The translations under genes were made by a program, and so were the position numbers. Below, one piece after another: positions 28,823 through 31,899 of a DNA stretch of 31,899 nt (its first letter is position 1; the number at the start of each line of letters is the position of its first letter). Under the pieces are notes generated by a model that did not search any database, was not told where the DNA came from, and was given only the letters and a program-made list of their open reading frames with translations. Source of the DNA: Ignavibacteriales bacterium (GTDB taxonomy: Bacteria > Bacteroidota > Ignavibacteria > UBA10030 > UBA6906); contig JBBIRR010000042.1 in assembly GCA_037441705.1 (NCBI GenBank), positions 1 through 31,899 on the forward strand, given 5' to 3'.

Positions 28823-28878
28823 AAAAAGAAAGCGCCCCGAAAAAATCGAGGCGCTTCTGCGTTGTAGCGGGGGTAGGA
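28823..28878 (-). repeat. 56-bp direct repeat copy (tRNA 3' end + terminator), identical to 28948-29003
   Basis: aaaaagaaagcgccccgaaaaaatcgaggcgcttctgcgttgtagcgggggtagga occurs twice, 125 bp apart. Confidence 0.95.
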
Positions 28879-28946
28879 TGCCGCCCGAAAGCGGCGGCAC
28901 TTCACACAAAGCGTTCAGCTTGAACCCGCTGCATCCCCGTCGCACT

Positions 28947-28983
28947 AAAAAAGAAAGCGCCCCGAAAAAATCGAGGCGCTTCT
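28947..28983 (-). terminator. Rho-independent terminator of the tRNA (duplicated at about 28823-28858)
   Basis: Minus strand gcgcctcga-ttttt-tcggggcgc followed by TTTCTTTTTT. Confidence 0.85.
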
Positions 28984-28989
28984 GCGTTG

Positions 28990-29062
<73 letters not shown>

Positions 29063-29113
29063 ATCAGGTATCACACTCGGATTCGAAGAAAGCCTCGTCT
29101 GCTTTCCGGACGG

Positions 29114-29130
29114 GCTCCACCCCGCGATCA
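29114..29130 (-). repeat. 17-bp direct repeat of the tRNA 5' end (identical to 29050-29066)
   Basis: gctccaccccgcgatca is present at both sites, 64 bp apart. Confidence 0.9.
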
Positions 29131-29139
29131 ATTGTACCA

Positions 29140-29170
29140 CAAATATACTAAATGTCGTGCACGGATGCAA
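29140..29170 (-). promoter_or_regulatory. Putative tRNA promoter
   Basis: Minus strand TTGCAT-N17-TATATT; the same site also fits the Bacteroidota-type TTG-N20-TAnnTTTG. Confidence 0.7.
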
Positions 29171-30160
29171 CTACTTGAGCCAGCCTTCCCGAATGTACCA
29201 CTGCACGGTTCGGGTCACTCCTTCTTCAAGAGAAATCTCCTGCTCAAATCCCAGCTCCCTTTTGGCTTTTGTGTGATCGCATGTCCAGTAGTTCTGGACC
29301 ATTTCCTGCGCTTTCTCGAAGTTGATGAGTGCGGGTTTCGAGCTGAAGAGCGCGCCGAGTTCGGCGAAGGCGGCGATCACGTACACGGCGAACTCCGGCA
29401 CATGAACGCGCAGCGCGCCCCGCTTCATTGCTTTGCGCGTTGCGTCGCCGATTTGCCGCCAGCCGTACACTTCTTTCGACGTGATGAAATACGTCTGGCC
29501 GCGCGCCCGTTCGGTTTCTCCGGCCAGCACAATGCCGCGCACGAGGTCGGCAATGTGAATCATGCTCACATACTTCTCCGAAAAACCCACCATCGGCTGC
29601 AAGCCCCGGCTGTAGGTTCGGAAAAACTCCAACACGTCCTTCTCGCGCTCGCCGTAGACCACCGGCGGTCGAACGATGGTAATGGGCAGTCGCTGCTGCA
29701 CGGCGCGGCACTCGACTTCCGCCTGCCACTTGCTCTTGCCGTAGGTGGTGATCGGACGCGCTTCGCGTTCTTCCGTAATCGGTGTGATGCTTTCGCTGGG
29801 GCCAACCGCCGCCTGACTGCTGATGTGCACGAAGCGTTTCAGCGTCGGATTGTGCTTGAGTGTTGCCTCGAGGATGTTGCGCGTGCCGGTCGCGTTGGCG
29901 CGAAAGTATTCTTCTCGTGTCTTCGCTTTGGTCAGACCCGCAGCATGATAGACATAGTCAACACCGCTGACCGCCGCGCGCAGCGCTTCATCATCAAACA
30001 AATCTCCTCTCACAACCTCAACAGGCTTGCCGTCCAACCAGCGGGTGTCGCTGGTGCTGCGAACGATGCACCGAACGGCGTAGGCTCTTTGGAGAAGGTA
30101 GTCGACCAGATGGCTGCCGACGAAGCCGGTGGCGCCGGTAACGAGTGCTTTTACTGCCAC
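29171..30160 (-). CDS. Extended SDR / NAD-dependent epimerase-dehydratase family; probable ceramide reductase (CerR-like)
   Basis: TGATGFVG, HAAG, ISSQAA, YGKSK, RPPVVYG motifs. The function is inferred from adjacency to spt and the bCerS-like gene. GTG start. Confidence 0.75.
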   Translation of the reverse strand: MAVKALVTGATGFVGSHLVDYLLQRAYAVRCIVRSTSDTRWLDGKPVEVVRGDLFDDEALRAAVSGVDYVYHAAGLTKAKTREEYFRANATGTRNILEATLKHNPTLKRFVHISSQAAVGPSESITPITEEREARPITTYGKSKWQAEVECRAVQQRLPITIVRPPVVYGEREKDVLEFFRTYSRGLQPMVGFSEKYVSMIHIADLVRGIVLAGETERARGQTYFITSKEVYGWRQIGDATRKAMKRGALRVHVPEFAVYVIAAFAELGALFSSKPALINFEKAQEMVQNYWTCDHTKAKRELGFEQEISLEEGVTRTVQWYIREGWLK

Positions 30161-30192
30161 AAAGCGGGCGACCTGATGCAGAAGGTGGTTGA

Positions 30193-30221
30193 TTGACTTT
30201 GAAAAGCGGTTGAAGTATATT
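30193..30221 (+). promoter_or_regulatory. Near-consensus sigma70 promoter upstream of spt
   Basis: TTGACT-N17-TATATT in the AT-rich divergent intergenic region. Confidence 0.7.
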
Positions 30222-30331
30222 GAAAACGAATTTGAGAGTCAATCCTGCACAGAAGGCGGCGAGTGAAGCGAGCGATGCGAGAATCCGGCGGTTTGACATA
30301 CATTTCCCATCACGGTCCTGAGGAATTGCGA

Positions 30332-31549
30332 TTGAGTACAACAGAGAAGAAGCCTGTTGATCTGTTTGAGAAGTGCTGGACGTTCACCCGCGCCGACGAA
30401 ATCAAAGCTGCCGGATACTATCCGTACTTTCGCCCCATCGAAGAGAACGAAGGGCCCGAGGTGATTATCGAGGGCCGGCATATCATCATGGCGGGATCGA
30501 ACAATTATCTGGGACTGACCTCCGACCCGCGCGTCAAGCAGGCTGCCATCAAAGCCATCGAGAAGTACGGCACGGGCTGTTCAGGCTCACGCTATCTCAC
30601 CGGCACGCTCGATCTGCACATCAAGCTCGAAGAACGCCTCGCCGATTTCTTTCACAAAGAAGCGTGCTTGCTGTACAGCACCGGGTACCAAACCGCGCAA
30701 GGAATCATTCCCACCCTCGTGCAAAAGGGGGAGTACGTTATCTCCGACCGCGACAATCACGCGTGCATCGTTGCCGGCAACCTCATGGCGAAGGGAGCTT
30801 TTGCGGAGTTCGTCCGCTTCAAGCATAATGACATGAAGGACCTGGAGCGTGTTCTCGCGTCGCTGCCGATGGAAAAACCCAAACTCGTCGTCACCGACGG
30901 CGTGTTCAGCACAACGGGCACAATCGCCGATCTGCCGAACATTGTGGTGACGGCGAAAAAATACAATGCCCGCATCATGGTGGACGATGCGCATGCGACG
31001 GGCGTCATCGGCAAAGGCGGACGCGGCACGGCAAGCCACTTCGGGCTGGAGAAAGAAGTGGACCTGACGATGGGAACATTCAGCAAGACGTTTGCGTCGC
31101 TGGGCGGTTTTGTGGTGGCCGATAAGCCGGTGATCAATTACCTGAAACACAACGCTCCGGCGCTCATTTTCAGCGCAAGTCCCACGCCTGCCTCCGTTGC
31201 TGCTGCTCTGGCGGCGTTGGATATTCTCGAACGAGAACCGGATCGGATCAAGAGACTGCTGCGTAATGCCGAAAAGATGCGCAAGGGCTTCAAGGACATG
31301 GGCTTCAAGATCATCGAAAGTCCCACGGCAATCGTCCCGGTCATCATCGGCGACGATCTGAACACGTTTGTATTCTGGCGGGCATTGTTCGATGCGGGCG
31401 TGTTTGTCAATGCCTTCATCAGTCCCGGCGTACCCCAGGGGATGCAGATGCTGCGCACGAGCTACATGGCAACACACGAGGATCGCCATCTCGATAGAAT
31501 CCTGGATACCTTCGGCACTATCGGCAAGAAGTTGGGCGTCATCACCTAA
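30332..31549 (+). CDS. spt: Alpha-oxoamine synthase, probable serine palmitoyltransferase
   Basis: [32 protein letters not shown], and PLP-Lys motif [12 protein letters not shown] (SPT-type GTFSK rather than GTLGK). Likely TTG start at 30332 with SD gagga; the ORF track starts at 30263. Confidence 0.8.
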   Translation: MSTTEKKPVDLFEKCWTFTRADEIKAAGYYPYFRPIEENEGPEVIIEGRHIIMAGSNNYLGLTSDPRVKQAAIKAIEKYGTGCSGSRYLTGTLDLHIKLEERLADFFHKEACLLYSTGYQTAQGIIPTLVQKGEYVISDRDNHACIVAGNLMAKGAFAEFVRFKHNDMKDLERVLASLPMEKPKLVVTDGVFSTTGTIADLPNIVVTAKKYNARIMVDDAHATGVIGKGGRGTASHFGLEKEVDLTMGTFSKTFASLGGFVVADKPVINYLKHNAPALIFSASPTPASVAAALAALDILEREPDRIKRLLRNAEKMRKGFKDMGFKIIESPTAIVPVIIGDDLNTFVFWRALFDAGVFVNAFISPGVPQGMQMLRTSYMATHEDRHLDRILDTFGTIGKKLGVIT

Positions 31550-31676
31550 GCGTTGCCGTTCTTTGGCACTCCCGCGCGGCGGCGCATCAAGCGCACGACG
31601 TCATCCAGCCCGTCCATTGTTGTTTGCATCTCCACAGGGGTCTTCAACTTCATCATCATAGCGAAAGGAATGAGCT

Positions 31677-31899
31677 ATCGGACCGATCACCATTCGTCCT
31701 GTGCGGTCGAAGCGTGAGGAGATGGTCTTCATCAAATTTCAGTGGCGCATCTATGAAGGCAACCCGTACTGGGTTCCTCCGCTGCTGCTGGATCGAAAGA
31801 AGCTGATTGATCGCAAGAACAATCCTTTCTACCGCCATGCCGAGATGGAGATGTTCCTTGCGGAACGAGACGGTACCACGCTCGGCCGCATCGCGGCAA
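31677..31899 (+). CDS. GNAT-family bacterial ceramide synthase-like protein (bCerS/YghO-like), 3'-partial
   Basis: Not in the ORF track. Translated by hand: IGPITIRPVRSKREEMVFIKFQWRIYEGNPYWVPPLLLDRKKLIDRKNNPFYRHAEMEMFLAERDGTTLGRIAA. The FI....IY..P.WVPPL...NPF......FLA......GRIAA pattern is the N-terminal signature of the family. Start codon uncertain. Confidence 0.8.
   Translation, partial: MGPITIRPVRSKREEMVFIKFQWRIYEGNPYWVPPLLLDRKKLIDRKNNPFYRHAEMEMFLAERDGTTLGRIAA

Noticed and set aside
29171-30160. SDR as a complex I accessory (NDUFA9-like) subunit because it is co-oriented with nuo
   Set aside because: It is separated from nuoA by a tRNA, two terminators and a separate putative promoter; linkage to spt/bcerS explains it better.
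30332-31549. BioF (AONS) or Kbl annotation
   Set aside because: The GTFSK motif, N-terminal YPYFR and flanking bCerS/CerR-like genes favour SPT; no bio or tdh genes are adjacent. Not formally excluded.

Overview
GC-rich window, inferred to come from an FCB-group bacterium (Ignavibacteria-like). The inference rests on T9SS C-terminal domains, a PorV-family barrel, signal peptides cleaved before Gln, and clear Shine-Dalgarno sites. There are four blocks. (1) 1-23512 (+): a tightly packed glycan-utilization operon of at least 14 genes with no SusD. It holds a T9SS cargo, a TonB-dependent receptor, a 1078-aa secreted protein with an atypical CTD, a PorV/PorQ-family barrel, a sugar ABC transporter without an ATPase, a degenerate parvulin/SurA-like chaperone, two or three uncharacterised six-hairpin-like enzymes, a Zn-dehydrogenase, a GH2 beta-mannosidase and a GH130, pointing to a beta-mannoside substrate. 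(2) 23538-28701 (-): nuoA-B-C-D-E-(membrane protein)-F, stopping after nuoF. (3) An initiator tRNA-fMet (-) flanked by an exact copy of its own 5' end upstream and of its 3' end plus terminator downstream. (4) 29171-31899: a probable ceramide biosynthesis cluster (cerR-like SDR <- -> spt -> bcerS-like GNAT, partial). The top candidate for an undescribed system is the TBDR / atypical-CTD cargo / cognate PorV-paralog module coupled to ABC uptake. All family calls come from motif recognition by eye; no searches were run.
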